A stretch of DNA of 64,000 nt from Lama glama (taxonomy: Eukaryota), in NCBI GenBank assembly GCA_028534125.1, contig CM052816.1:12712001-12776000 (forward strand), written 5' to 3'. Both the position numbers and the translations under genes were made by a program. Position 1 is the first letter of the stretch; the number at the start of each line of letters is the position of its first letter. Of the stretch, positions 49,870-62,690 are shown piece by piece. Under the pieces are notes generated by a model. That model saw only the letters and a program-made list of their open reading frames with translations, did no database searches and was not told the origin of the DNA.

Positions 49870-50100
49870 GTTAGGTACCATTTCTGTGCTCTCCCATGAC
49901 AACACTGTACTTTCCACACCCTTGACACTTAGGGTACTATGTTGTAATTTCCTGCTTACTTATCTCCCTTACTATAAAATATGTTCTATGAAGGCAGGGA
50001 CTATATCTTATTTTTACTGGCTCCCTAGTGCCTAGCTTGCACATTGCCTCACAGAGCACTGATACTCTACAAGTGGTTGTTGAATGAAGAATGAATGCAT
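49870..50100 (+). mobile_element. L2 3' end
   Basis: ctatgaaggcagggactatatctt ... ccctagtgcctagc ... gttgaatgaagaatgaatg. Confidence 0.75.
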
Positions 50101-50109
50101 GCATAAATA

Positions 50110-50495
50110 TGTCAGTCAGTGATTGCTGTGTAACAAACAGCTATAAAAATCCTAAAGGCCTATGACAATAAGCATTTATCTCACTTGTGTATCTGCAAGT
50201 TATCTGGAGGTTGACTGATCTGGGCAGAGCTTAACTGGGTTTAGTTCCAAGCTCTAGGTTGAGTCTGCTCTGCCTGTCTCTCAACCTTCTTGGACAAGCA
50301 AGCTAGCTAGAGTGTATCATTCTCATGGTAGAAGGCAAGACCACAAGAGGGTAAGCAGCAACAATGATGCCTTTTAATGAATAGGATCAAAACTAGAACC
50401 CTGTCACTTCCACCCATACCTCATTGGCCAAAATAAGCCAATGATAAAGGGTGTGGATAAAGGAGAATGAAGTTTTAGGGCCAATAACTTAATGA
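50110..50495 (-). mobile_element. MLT1H-like MaLR LTR
   Basis: tgtcagtcagtgattgctgtgtaacaaac ... aataagcattta ... ctgtcacttccacccatacctcattggccaaaa. Confidence 0.8.
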
Positions 50496-51669
50496 CTTAA
50501 AAAAATAATAAATTAATGGAATACTGAGTGAAGAGATTTGAAGGGAAGGACACATACCTTTCACCTAATTCACTTGCTTCCATATCCTATGGTACCTGAG
50601 ACTCTGGGAAAATGTAGTCATGATTTGGAGGAACCATAAGAAGATCTAGCACAGCTTCCATGTGGGGATTCACCGGAATCCATTAAGTTCACATATTGAA
50701 GGAAAGGGGGCTAAGTTTTAAAAATTCTATAATAATAGCGTTCAAGTGTTTCTGCTACTCAGAACTTCAGAACCTCCACACATGTGCTGAACGTGAAAAC
50801 GCAAGACCTTCACACATACTGCTCTGTTTTCTCTTCGGCTTTGTTGTGTTCTGCTTTTCCGGGATGCGCTGGACCAGGGAGAGAGATTGTTTGTGGGGGC
50901 AGCCTGGAGGGACACAGCCTGAACTGAGGTCACAGCAGAAGAAGAAGGCAGGAGGAGGGATGGGAGCGACTTGTCGACTGTCTAGTTCTAGGACTTGTAG
51001 GTGTTCATAAATCATTTCTATTTGGTTAAAGCAGTCACATCAATATTTCCTTTTGATTTCTTAAGACTTGTTTTTTCCTGTGTCTATGGCTTAAAGAATC
51101 AGCTTAATCAATTCACTGTGTGAATTCGAGTTCCCTTCCATGAAGTTCTTCCTCTCCCCAGATTCTGGAGATGGAATAAGTTTTTCTTTTTGAGACGCTG
51201 GATTTCTTCCTCTTTCAGTTTGTCTTAGAATTTCTATCGATAAAAGCAGGCAGACTGAAAATGTGACTATTTTCTCTTTGAAAAGATACTACAAAGTTTG
51301 CAACTGGTGTTTTGAAGTTCATGATAGAGAAGATAGTCACTAATTTTATCACCTCAAAAGGCGTAAGATGAGAGCAATTAAATTGGTCATGTCTGAAATC
51401 CTATAGGAACCTCATTGATCCATATTTGTTATGATTTAGAGAAAGGCCTTTAACAAGTCCTCAAGTTTTTCTCCTTGAATAATGAAGTGGAAGTCCTTGG
51501 CTTAGATATTGGGAATCCCAAAGTGCTTCCCAATTCCTATTCATGGATGAATCTCAATGCTTTAAAACATTAAGACCCAAGCATCCTGTGGAGGAAATCT
51601 TACGTAGCCTGTAAAAGTCAAGTTCACTTAAGACAGTAAGGGAGAAAAAAACTCTCATTTTTTAAATTG

Positions 51670-51890
51670 GGATGCAGAACAATATGTGGTGATCCCAATT
51701 TGGTTAACTATTAATAATCACATGGGTACACAGGCAGACACACAAAGAAAGGAGAAAGACAGAAAGGAAATACACGTGAATGTTAATGACATTACTCTTT
51801 CAGTGGAGTGATTATGTGTAAATTTATTACTTATATCTTCTATATCCTCAATTCTTTATAATAATTCCATAGCCCTTTTCTAATCAGGAA
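51670..51890 (+). mobile_element. L1ME-like 3' end
   Basis: atgcagaacaatatg ... gatcccaattt ... aaagacagaaaggaaatacac ... ttctaatcaggaaaaaa. Confidence 0.6.
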
Positions 51891-52229
51891 AAAATTGTAA
51901 CAGTTTGCAGTTATGATGAGCTTTTTCTATCTTTTTTAGTTGAATTAACTTTATCAAATTATTTAGCAAATATTTGATTATCTCTTTGAAGAGCCTTTGT
52001 AAAGGCAATAGAGAGGTATCAGCACTCTAGATTATTATGATGGGTAACAAGACAAAGTAAATCACAAATGTACTCAAGAGCAGTGTTGTATAGAGGACAG
52101 AGAAGTCTATGACCTTAAGTGTAGTTTATTTGTGAATATTAAAAATTCACACAAACAATAACTCAGAGGTAATATATCATTTTTCAAAAGAATACAACAT
52201 AGGCTTCCCTTTATTTAAAATTTAGCAGT

Positions 52230-52420
52230 TGATTTCCCTTGAGTGCTAAATTGTGTGCCAGTCTTTGTGCTAATTATCACATTTTACCTTCAAAAAAAAA
52301 AATCCTGTGCAATATGTGCTTGATTAGCCCCACTTTACAGATGAGAAGATTATGCATGAAAAGGCAACAGCCAGGGAGTGACAGGATTCGAACCTGTGTC
52401 TCTTAGAACCCGAAGCCAAC
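52230..52420 (-). mobile_element. MIR
   Basis: ccccactttacagatgagaaga ... caggattcgaacctgtgtct. Confidence 0.75.
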
Positions 52421-53830
52421 ACAATACAGAGAGCCAGCCCCAAACATTTTGATGAGGATGTCATGCTTTAAGTTAAAATAGAGTTCTGTAGTCAACAAGG
52501 AGTGACACAGTTTACCTGGGAAAGAATTCTTGGAAAAAAGTAAATGTGTTCTCTGTTAGTTGCGATGATTTGTCTTCTCAGTAAAAACAGGACTCCACTA
52601 CCCTGTAGATACAGTCAGCACACAGACAGAAGCAGTCCTGAGGGTAAGACTGAGCTTCCTGGCATTTCTGTAGTCTTCATGGCTCACCTCCAAGTCGGCT
52701 TTCAGTGTCTACAGGAAGCTTCTCAATTGGCGCTTAGTGACTGCCCTTAAACTTCTAGTCCGAATTCTACTTTCAAACTGGAGGAGAGCAGCTAGGGAAG
52801 TACTGGTTTATGGCATCTAAGAGGAAATAACCAGGCAAAGGTAGCTCTGCAGCACACAGTGGAGGCCCCTGACTTCAGCTGAGACAGGTGTCCCTGTCTT
52901 CGGTACCTCAATCCGAAGAGGGATCGCTCCAAGAATCACTGACGTTTCACCTTGTAAGGTAGCGGGTTTGCCGACCGTGTTTCAGGAAGTGAGAATTTCA
53001 GTGTATTTCAGGGTGACCAAAGACAGTTAGAATTTTAGCAGAACACTCTAGGATCAAGTTTTTCTGATGAAAAAAGAAAAACTAGATTCTTGAGTATGGA
53101 AGCAGCTCGCTTAGACCCTGAAACCCAACCACGTTACCTGGACACACGTTTCTCTGAACTCCTCCCTTGGCCAGTGGATAATTGTGACCTCTCCAAGTCA
53201 CTGGTGGGACTTGCAGTACTGCGGATTTTCACAGGAAGAGCAGAGTCAGGTCAATGTTCCAGATGTTTCCAATGATCCAGACGTCTGGTGTGATGGCAAT
53301 GGCCTATCCAGATGGTCACTGAGTATTTAATCTTGTGCCTGGATGTTGGCTGCCATCTGTACACCCAGGCTTAGAACCTAACAGGGGCATCAGTCAATAC
53401 CACGTTTTCTGTTACTGAGAGATTTACTTGAGTACATTTCGTCCACTGGGTGCCTGCTGTTTCAGTCACCTCCCAGCCAGACACATTTACCTGAATATTC
53501 ACGGTCACTTAGAAGGCACTTGGCACTCACACACTGACTAATAGTTTAATCTCTTCCTCCTGCTCTTCAGCATCTGATCTTTCTGTCTGTTCACTAGGCT
53601 CTTATTATTTCCCTTTTCAAATTCTAAAGATCTCTAGAGAGCATGTTACAGAAACGGCTTGGAGGTAGCCTGAACTTATATGCTACCCATCTGAGCAATT
53701 TCTACTTGCTGGCAGATGAAGTCGCCGGTCACACTGTTGCTCATATGCAGTATGGTGGCTTCCCATTACCATTCTAGTTTATCTGTCCTCCACTGGGCAA
53801 TCAGAAGATCTTTTTTAAAAAAACCCTAGG

Positions 53831-54080
53831 AAAGGAATAAATTGGAAGTTGAGGATTTGCAGATACTAACTATTATGTATAAAATAGATAAACAACAAGG
53901 TCCTACTGCATAACACAGGGAACTACATTCAATATCTTGTAATAATCTATAATGAAAAAGAATATGAAAAAGAACATATATGTGTATAACTGAATTACTG
54001 TGCTGTGAATCACCAGAAACTGACACAGCACTGGCAATCGATTGTACTTCAATCAAAAGTAAAAAGTGAAAAATATTCAT
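53831..54080 (+). mobile_element. Truncated artiodactyl-type L1 3' UTR
   Basis: ataaattggaagttgaggatttgcagatactaacta ... aaacaacaaggtcctactgcataacacagggaacta ... tacttcaat plus A-rich tail; imperfect TSD aaaaaaaccctagg / aaaaatccccctagg. Confidence 0.9.
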
Positions 54081-54269
54081 AAAAATCCCCCTAGGAAAAA
54101 GCCTAAAATCTTTAGGGTGGTTTAGAAGCCATCAAAGATCCTACCATTGATCTCTTTTCCACTTTTGTCATGCTTGCTTTCTTTTCTTCTTTCTTTTCTT
54201 CTAACGTAGCATGTCTTCCCTGGCATCTAAACCTGCACACATTCCCAGATCCCACCTTCCCTCACTCTC

Positions 54270-54740
54270 TGACTCATGAAATCCCACTTAGCTCTGAGAC
54301 AAAAATCTTTGCTTAGAGAAGATGCCCTGAAAGCCCCAGGCAAGGTCAGGGTGACTTACCGACACACCCGTAGTATCCTGGCTTCCCTGTTAAACATCCC
54401 ACCTCGTCTGTATTTATCCCTTGACAGTCTTCCCTCTGGATTGTGTTATCCGAAGTGTCAGCAACCATGTGTGTTGGTAAGTGCATAGCCAAGTATCTGG
54501 CACATAGTGGGCACTCAACAAGTATTTGCAAATTAGTGAATGAAAATGAAAGTAGATGTTTAACTTGGCAAGTTTAGGATCAGTGTGATAATGGGACAAT
54601 ATGGAATCAATGTTTTAATTTAATCCGTGATTCACTATCAACAAATATTTTCTTGAATATTTCTCCTATTTGCCAGGCACTGTGTGAGATACAAAAAAAA
54701 AAAAAGGAGTAGATAGACTCTTGCGAAAGAGCTTAATTAG
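54270..54740. mobile_element. Two L2 3' ends, tail-to-tail (+ to ~54545, - from ~54630)
   Basis: tatctggcacatagtgggcactcaacaagtatttg ... gtgaatgaa; ttcactatcaacaaatattt ... tgccaggcactgtg. Confidence 0.7.
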
Positions 54741-55654
54741 TTAAAATCTTTACTCTAAGATGACTACAATAACAGTATGCAAATTTTGCAAATGTAACCT
54801 GTAGGCGTACAATGATGTTAATGACCAGATGAATGACTGTGTTTCCAGTGTCTTCTTCTCCCTTGCTGGTTTCATCATGGTGGCTATGGTTTATATGGAG
54901 ATTTAGAAGGTCAGGTTCTCAGACTTCTCTTCTGGGCCTACATATTCTCTTCATTTTAAGAAGCAGTTGGTCCTTACCTGTGTTTATTGCCTCCACCTGA
55001 AACACTGTCTCCATCCAGCTCAGCTGTCCCATCCTCTTCTAGGAGGCACAGCTGTGGGACAGGAACAGCGAGGAGAAGCTTTGCTTCCTTCTCCTTGTGC
55101 CTGCGGTCCAGGCCTGCCTGCCACTTCCTCCTTCGATTGAAGATGACTGTGGGATAACTGGAGATAAGGAGGGATAGACTAAGATCAGGCTTCAAATTCA
55201 TCCTGAAGCCAAGCACCTGCCTGGAAGGGGAGAGGACAATTTCCTTCGTGGTCAGCCAGGCATATGGTGTGGTGATAGAGACGTTGGGTTGGAAGAACCT
55301 TGTTGACCCTGTTCTGCTGGTCTGGCACTTGCTTAAGGTCCTACGTTTAAATGTGTTATTTCTTCAGCTCCAATCCCATGTTAGTCTGTTTTCCTGGACA
55401 GGGTAATGCATAACATCATCACGTGAATTGGCTTTTCAGGTTGATTTCTAACTAAAGACTAGCATGAGGTTAGAATCAGACCATACTTTAGATGTCTGAC
55501 TAGGAGGAGGGTAGTACAAAGCGAAATGTGTCACAAAATGCATGTAGGTGGTGTGTGTAGTGGAGTGGGGAGGAGGAGGATGGGATGGGGCCTGGGTAGT
55601 TACTGGCAGCTGGGGTTTCCTAGGAAGAACACTGGACTTGAAGGCAGACAGACA

Positions 55655-57240
55655 TGTTTAGTCTCGGCTTTGCTACTGACCAGCTGAGTAACCTTGAGCA
55701 TGTCACATCTCGAAGGCTCAACTTCCTCCTTCGCCAAATGAGAAGCAGCATCGTACTGGAAAGGATAGTAGTGAGGCTCAAAATAGAAAATGTGAGAAAT
55801 TTGAATAGATGCAAATGCACATGAAACCGTCATGAGGCGTTATACTGGCAAAGCAGTGAGTCGATGAGCTCTGGAGCCAGGCTGTCTGCGTCTAAATTGC
55901 GGCTGGACCACGTTCCAGCAGCCTGACCTTGAGGGAGACACTCCCTTTCTTTGTCTGGTAAGTATCTGTGCTTCATAAGACTATGAGACTTAAACAGAAA
56001 GCTCTTAAACAATCCAGAAACGTGGTGTTTCGCTCAATAAGCTTTAGGTGTGATGATGGTGATGGTGTTAACGATGGCGACCAGGAGGAGGAGGATGGTG
56101 GTGACGGTCAGCAGCAGCACCATCGAAAGACACTGAGTGGCTGAGAGCAAAGACTCAGGAGATCTTAAGCGGAGTTCAAATCCTGCGCCACCCCTTGTTA
56201 GGACGAACAAGATGCCCCATGTCCCTGTGCTCCATCTCCTCATCTGTAAAACGAGGATCGAACAATGCCTACTGAACAGAAATGTTTAGAAGATTAGCAT
56301 AGTTCATATTTAGCGTACACAGTGCTTGGCACATATCAGTCCCCAATATGTTTTGGTTATTATTATTGCAAGGTCAGTGTTAAGAAAGAGAGTTCACAGT
56401 ACTGGGGAAAGATGAACATAAAACCATGAAAAATCTCCTGATTTATCTTGCATTATCTCGATTTTAAGATAACTTCTCAGGGACCCCAGCTTTCTCTAGG
56501 CCTCTGGGTCTTAACTTAGCACATCTCGTGGCTGCTCCTGTTCTTGGCGTGTTATTCTCTCTCCCTTTTTGTCCCTTTAGGTGACACATTTTGAGTGTTT
56601 ACCACATGCCAGGCATGGGGCTCAACTCTTGATAAGGACCGTCTCGTTTAATCCTCCCAATATCTCTGCACGACAACCATGATTGATGAATGAGAGGCCT
56701 GGAGCACAGAGAGGTTTAGTTACCTTGTCTAAGGCCACAGAGCTGAGAAGGAAGAAAGCCTGGAGTAGAACCCCGCTCCCTACAACTTCTCACTGTTACC
56801 GTCACACTGTCTTACATTCTTACAGAGATTGTGACTCTGTCAGGACCATCAAGCTGGCCTCTCCCAACTCAAACTTCTACTCATTCTCCAGTCTTTCTTG
56901 CAGCCTCTTAGAGGTGGAGAAGCAAGACGTCTAGACGTGAGCCTCGCCGAGAACCAAAGTACGTACTTGAGTTGACCCTTTAATGACTAAGGCAGCCTGG
57001 GGTTACAGAGCAATAGTCATTCTATTAGAAGGCAGGGGTGCACAGTTCTCAGAAGAGTCCAAAGGCGGACAGCCCTGAGATCTCTACCACCTTGTGAAGG
57101 TGAAGTGTACAAGCCCTAGTGTCTCAGCTATAAAATGTGGCCAATCCTAGAAATACCTGTCCCAGGGGGATGCGGTAATCATCGAATAGTAACTGGGAGT
57201 TAAGGGCTTATGGCCAGTGTTACAGCACTTAGGAGACACA
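55655..57240. mobile_element. Cluster of MIR fragments (+ at ~55655-55815, ~55850-56040, ~56130-56365, ~57060-57240; - at ~56590-56780)
   Basis: Repeated MIR core motifs, e.g. ctcctcatctgtaaaacgagga, ggagcacagagaggtttagttaccttgtctaaggccacagagct. Confidence 0.65.
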
Positions 57241-58589
57241 CAGTGCGGGACACGGCAAATCAGGGTTCATTTATCTCGCGATAGTGCACGAGAGGAGCAA
57301 TCCGAAATTTGAGCTGGGTTGGGGTGTTAACATTCCCCCGAGGGGAGGCACTGCAGAACTTGCAGGGTCCCTGATTTTCACATTCTAGTCTCCGAGTCGC
57401 TTTCCCTGTTCAGCCAGAGGACTCCTGCACGCCTCCAGGAGTGTTTCCAGAAATGCCGAAAACAGGTCACGGGATGCTGATCCGGTGCAGCTCCCTGCAG
57501 GATTCAGGAGTGCTTCAGAGCCTCGTGCAATGTGAGGGGCCGCAGAAGAGGGCAGGCCGGGGAGGCAGGAGGCTGGGCGGACCCCAACTTGTCCTCCATC
57601 AGCTCTGTGTCCCTGTGCCCCAGTCTCCCCATCTTTGAAGTGGACGTTGAGAAAAGAAAATAAAAACTGTCCCAGAATAATCGCAAGCAGTTAACTGTCC
57701 GCAAACATCTGCTGAGCACCTACTGTATACCAGGCGCCATGCTGGGCTCTAGAGACCAGAACATAAATAGGGGGGGAACCACAAGCCGCCCTTCCCTGGA
57801 GCAGAAGCCGCACAGAGCACCTCTCTCCCTGCCAGGCCTGTGCGGTCACATCTGAAATTGTAGACGTTCGGCAAAATCATTAAGCACACAGTAAAATGAA
57901 TCAACTTCGTGGTCTTAAACATGACATTAAGCCTCTCCATCTCTCAGCTAACTCATCTGTAAATATCAGCTCTCCCCAAGAGCTTCGGTGGAAATTTGAG
58001 GAGATAACGTATGTTTCACGGGAGCCATATTTTTAAGTGATTAATAAGCTTTTCTGTTTAGCCTTTCAGAGTGCAAGGACTTCTCCTTAGTGACGTGGGA
58101 CATCTACCTTGGGAAGTACTAGGAAGGGGGTATAGGTGTGGGGAGGGGAGTATTAGAACGTGTGTCAGAAAAAATATAAAGAGAAGGAGCGATAGCCAAG
58201 CTCTGTTGTTCCAAATAGGATTATTCCAAAAGGCTTGCCTTGCTTCCCGGATGTTGCCTGAACGCTACCTAAGGGGCTGTGTCAATGATTATTGTTAAGC
58301 TCTAAATGGAATTGGAACAAAAATTGTTTTTCCTTCTTAACCCAAGCACTGGGCCTTGGAAGGAAGACCAGATAAGTTGTAGACAAATTGAATAAGCTGT
58401 ATTTGCTCTGCACATCTGGTTTGAGGACAATTAAATTTGTACCTAGCACAGTTTTTGGAACATAGTAAATACTTACAATTATTATGTTGCTGTCTGAGCT
58501 GATAATAATTGCAACAGAAGTATGAAAGGCAAGAAAAATGATGCACGGTCCAAAAATCATTTATGTTTAACTTTTTCTGGTAACACATA

Positions 58590-58980
58590 AGGAAAGGAAA
58601 CCACATGAGGCTGAGAGCTCATTGCAGGCAGGATATGTGCTTTATCCATCTCTGTGTCTCCATCATCCAACAGAATCTTGAGGCATTCCGTAAATGAAAG
58701 AATTAACAAATTACTCCACAGGTGGGCCTACCCAGGTCCAGTTCTGGAGAAGCAAAACGCCCAATTTACCCAGCTTAGCAGGGATGGGTTTTGGCAGGTA
58801 TCAAAAGAGTCGCAACCCCTGGTGGGTGGTCCCAAGTCCAGGAACTCGTATAACCCTGGCCAAGCTATTTAACCACTCTGCACGCCAGCTTCTTCTCTGC
58901 AAAACGGAACTGGTTATCTGCCAACCTCGCAGGTTTGTTGTGAGAACTGAATGAGAACATTGTATGTGAAAGCGAAAAGA
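58590..58980 (+). mobile_element. L2 end followed by MIR
   Basis: gctgagagctcattgcaggcaggatatgtgc; ctctgcaaaacgga ... gtttgttgtgagaactgaatgaga. Confidence 0.6.
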
Positions 58981-59814
58981 ACGCTGGAAATATGAAATGT
59001 TTTATTCCCAAGAAACCTTAAGATGAATAGGCCACCTGTGGAACTCTGAGACTTGGCTGTTGTTTCATTCCCAGGACAACCAAGGCATTTGAAGAGATGA
59101 CTTCATTATTCTTCCCTGCCTACGATTTAGATAAGGTGCACTCTTAATGACACCTGTTTTTACTTTCATTTTTTATAAAATCGAGCGACTAACCCCCTAG
59201 AGAATCCACGAAGTCAGCCAGAGAGTATGATGTGAAATTACTTCTCTTGTTTTTAATCAGGACTTCATTCTTATTAAAAGTTCCTAAATTTCTGGCCTCG
59301 GTTGGCTTCTTTTAAGACCAGAGTGAAATGAATTTTATGACAACGCCAAGTGTTTATTCTTGTAACTCCAGTCAAAAGCAGATGAGGCAATTTGAACAAA
59401 TTCCAGCGTAGATCCTGGCCCGGAAGTAACGAAATCCAAACCTTCTCTGGGATCCACGTAGCTTCTGCCTCCTCCACGTCTGGGCTCAGCCACACACAGT
59501 GCCTTCAGCTAGGAACAAGAACGAGCAATTCAGAAAGTTTCACTAGGAAGCACCGTAAAAGCAACAGAAGAGCTCTAAATTGTTATCCTAACGCCAGTAG
59601 CATCAGTGTTCCTGAATTACTGTCGTGCGCCCAACCTTACCACCCAGCTGTGCTGCCCATCTCCTTGAGTCAACTGTCCTTCCCAGTCGACGTTCTCTCT
59701 CCCAATTACAAGGCTTTTCTTAAGTGAATAGTTCTTAACAGATCTGTTTCACATACTGGTGGTTCCAGGATACCACCAAATTTTCTTACATGGATTATTA
59801 ATTTTTTTTTTTGT

Positions 59815-60265
59815 TTTCTCAGAATCCATTTCTTTCCTACTTTTGGATTTCCTTTGGAGGGCCTGCCATGTCTTCCCTCACAGTTCCCATGGTTTGGGTG
59901 GTCCTGATCCTAATCCTGGGTGTATAAGTGGGCATGTGACCGAGGCCTCAGTGAACCAGCGTGTCTTTTCCCTTTGGCTGAGGATTTGGTTTAAGAACAG
60001 ATACATGATCCAACTTGGACCACACTGGGAAGTTTTAGGTGTAGAGCTGAACTGCCGCCATGTGTGATTTGAGATTAAAGCCAGCGCAGGGTGGGGGTGG
60101 GGGAGGGGAACAGAACCAAGAGATGGAAAGAGACTGTACTGTGGTGAGCTTTGAGCCTCTGCATCTAGCCATGCCTGAACCTGCTTGTCTTCCCTTCTCT
60201 GTATGCTAAGCTAGTGATTTGCCTTTTAAACTGAGCCAACTCGAGTTGAGTTTTCTGTCTGTTGG
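59815..60265 (+). mobile_element. MLT1K/J-like MaLR LTR
   Basis: gtgggcatgtgaccgaggcc ... gatttggtttaagaacagatacatgatccaa ... tttgagcctctgcatctagccatgcctgaa ... gagttgagttttctgtc. Confidence 0.8.
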
Positions 60266-60267
60266 AA

Positions 60268-60350
60268 GGGACTTCCCATTTTGTCATTTAAAGTCCAGCA
60301 TCCCAGGAAATCTCTCAGTCCTGGGCCAACTGGGATGGTTGGTTGCTCCA
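60268..60350 (+). mobile_element. MER94-like hAT-Blackjack fragment
   Basis: gggacttccc ... aaagtccagcatcccaggaaatctctcagtcctgggccaactgggatggttggt. Confidence 0.7.
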
Positions 60351-62499
60351 TCCAAGAGCCCACGCTACTGCAAGTGTACATGCTGCGATTCCTTACAACT
60401 GAGGCGCGATGACGTTACAGTGCTACGCGTTGACGGAATGTTGAACTCAGTGCTTCATGTGACGTGGGGCAAGGTTTGACATAATTTGGTGTCAGAAATA
60501 AGATGGTAGAGAAAAAAATTTGAAAAAAAAAGTAAAAAAAAAAAAAGAAATATGGTAGAACAAAGTCAAAGAGGGCAGGACAAAGTCAAGACACGAAAGA
60601 GAGACTGTCACTTCACTGGAACCTGTGAGGACTTTGCCTCTGAGTAATCAGAAAGGACAAGGTCAGGCAGTCAAGTGTTCTGGTCAGTTGGCAAAAACTG
60701 AAGGGTTGACAAGAAATGGTGATGCTACTCTGTGAATGTGTTCCCGTACACTGGGTAGACATTTTTCCCTTTGCTGTGTTATTATAATGACTGCTCACTT
60801 GTTTTAGTGTTACTTTGAATCTTTTCATTAAGGCATTAAAAACTCTGCTTTTCAACATGTGACATGACGTGTAATGATATGGATGTAGAATTGGTCTGAC
60901 TCCTAACACTTTCTCCCTTGACCTGTAGTTTGTGTATAGACCTTGCTTCCTCCTCTTCACTTTAAGGCTCTTAAGGGCAGACATAAGTTTTGCTTATACA
61001 ATGTTCTCCTTTGATACCAAATTCAGTTTGAACATGGGTGGCAATCTAATATTTTCAGACCAAAGTAATCTGAACCTTTTTAGGGCATAGTAATTTTACT
61101 TAGAGAATTTGAATGGGTTTAAAGCACTTCACTGAATATGGATTCTTTTCAGACATTAAATTCTTGGGATGTCTTGAGATGGCTGGATCACGTTTGAAGG
61201 GGTTCGAGTTATCCACTGGGAACCGGAAAAGCTGAACTTGAATTTTCAGTGTTTGATTCTCAGTGTACAGAGAAGGTTTGTGTCTGCAACAAAGAAGCAT
61301 TTCAGAAGCGGTAGGTTTGTTTGACGCCAGTGGGGATGAGAGGTGTTAGGTAAAGGAATCATAATAAGATTTCTTTTTTTGGAGAGAGGAAAAATAAAAA
61401 TGGCTAGAGATCCAGAGAAGAAAAGAGAAATATGTCGCTTTATAAAAAGTCAAAGATCTCTCTTTCTATTCTTACCAGCCGATGATTCTGAAGTTGAAAT
61501 TCAAAGACTGTAACCCTATGACTAGAGGGTTATTTTTTAACCTTTATTAGAATTTGAATGATTTACATCTTAAAAATTTTAAATTTAACCTTGTATGATA
61601 TTTGGATTTAAGAATTCCCATGGTGCTGTACATAGCCACACAACTCACAGCATAAGGCATTTATATTATAAATGCATATAAATTATAAATTTATATATGT
61701 ATAGCCTTATATACATCTGTTCATATAAACGCATTCTTATAATTACGTGCATATGTATTCAGAGGAATTTTTAACAAATGCCTATTGATAATCGTTTTTA
61801 AGAATTTAACAAAATGCAAATTTTATCAATATGACTCAACAGTATTTAATCTCCCTATGATTCCACCAACTCACTCAAAGTCCATGGTGACTTAGAGTCA
61901 GATAATTCTGCTTCTTGGGGTTTCAAGTCACATGAGGATTTAACATCAGTTCACATAGACAAGAGACTCTGCCTTCTTCTAAGATGCTCTCCCTCGAGGT
62001 TCTTCTGAGGTTCTTGCTTGCTAGTCATTCCTCCCTGTCTACAGTCTCCTTCTCATTAAGCTTGTGTTTGCCTCCTTTCCAAGAGTCAGCTTCATAAGTG
62101 GGAGTGAACCATGAGGACCTAGTTCAGGCCATGCTGGGTCCTGTGCTCACATACTGATTCTGCTGTTGTTGGTTCCATTGCTTTCATTTCTTCATTTCAT
62201 AGACCCTCATTTACAAGCGAGGCCATTCGTAGTGACTGCTTTGGCGTTGTTATGAACTAATAAATATTTGTTCTTGGAACAGTACCTGTCACGCTTCTGC
62301 TAATAAGGCCCTAACACTGTCCCCTTTAACCATGGACAATTGGACCAGGAATGGCTACCTCCCTGGGAGTAAGGAATTGTCACTCAGTCTAGCAGAGTCA
62401 CTTAGCAGAGAGCTCTAGACCTTATAAAAACAGAACGGGGATCAGCATGCTTGAGTTCTAAGTACTGATAAACAAGCAGAGAAGGCTTACTTTGAAAGG

Positions 62500-62690
62500 A
62501 ACTTAATGGGTACAAAATGTTGAGCAAAACACTTTGTGTGTATCAACTCGTGTAATCCTTACAACACCATGAGGTAGATACCATTATCATGTAGCGTTCT
62601 ACAGACAAGGAAACTGAGGCACAGGTTAGTTAAGATTCAGACCCAGGACGTCTAGTTCCAGAGTCCACACTCTGACCTGCTACGTATACT
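62500..62690 (-). mobile_element. MIR
   Basis: taatccttacaacaccatgaggtagatacc ... ttctacagacaaggaaactgaggcaca ... ccagagtccacactct. Confidence 0.85.

Noticed and set aside
52380..52400. tRNA-like B-box ggattcgaacc
   Set aside because: Part of the tRNA-derived head of a MIR
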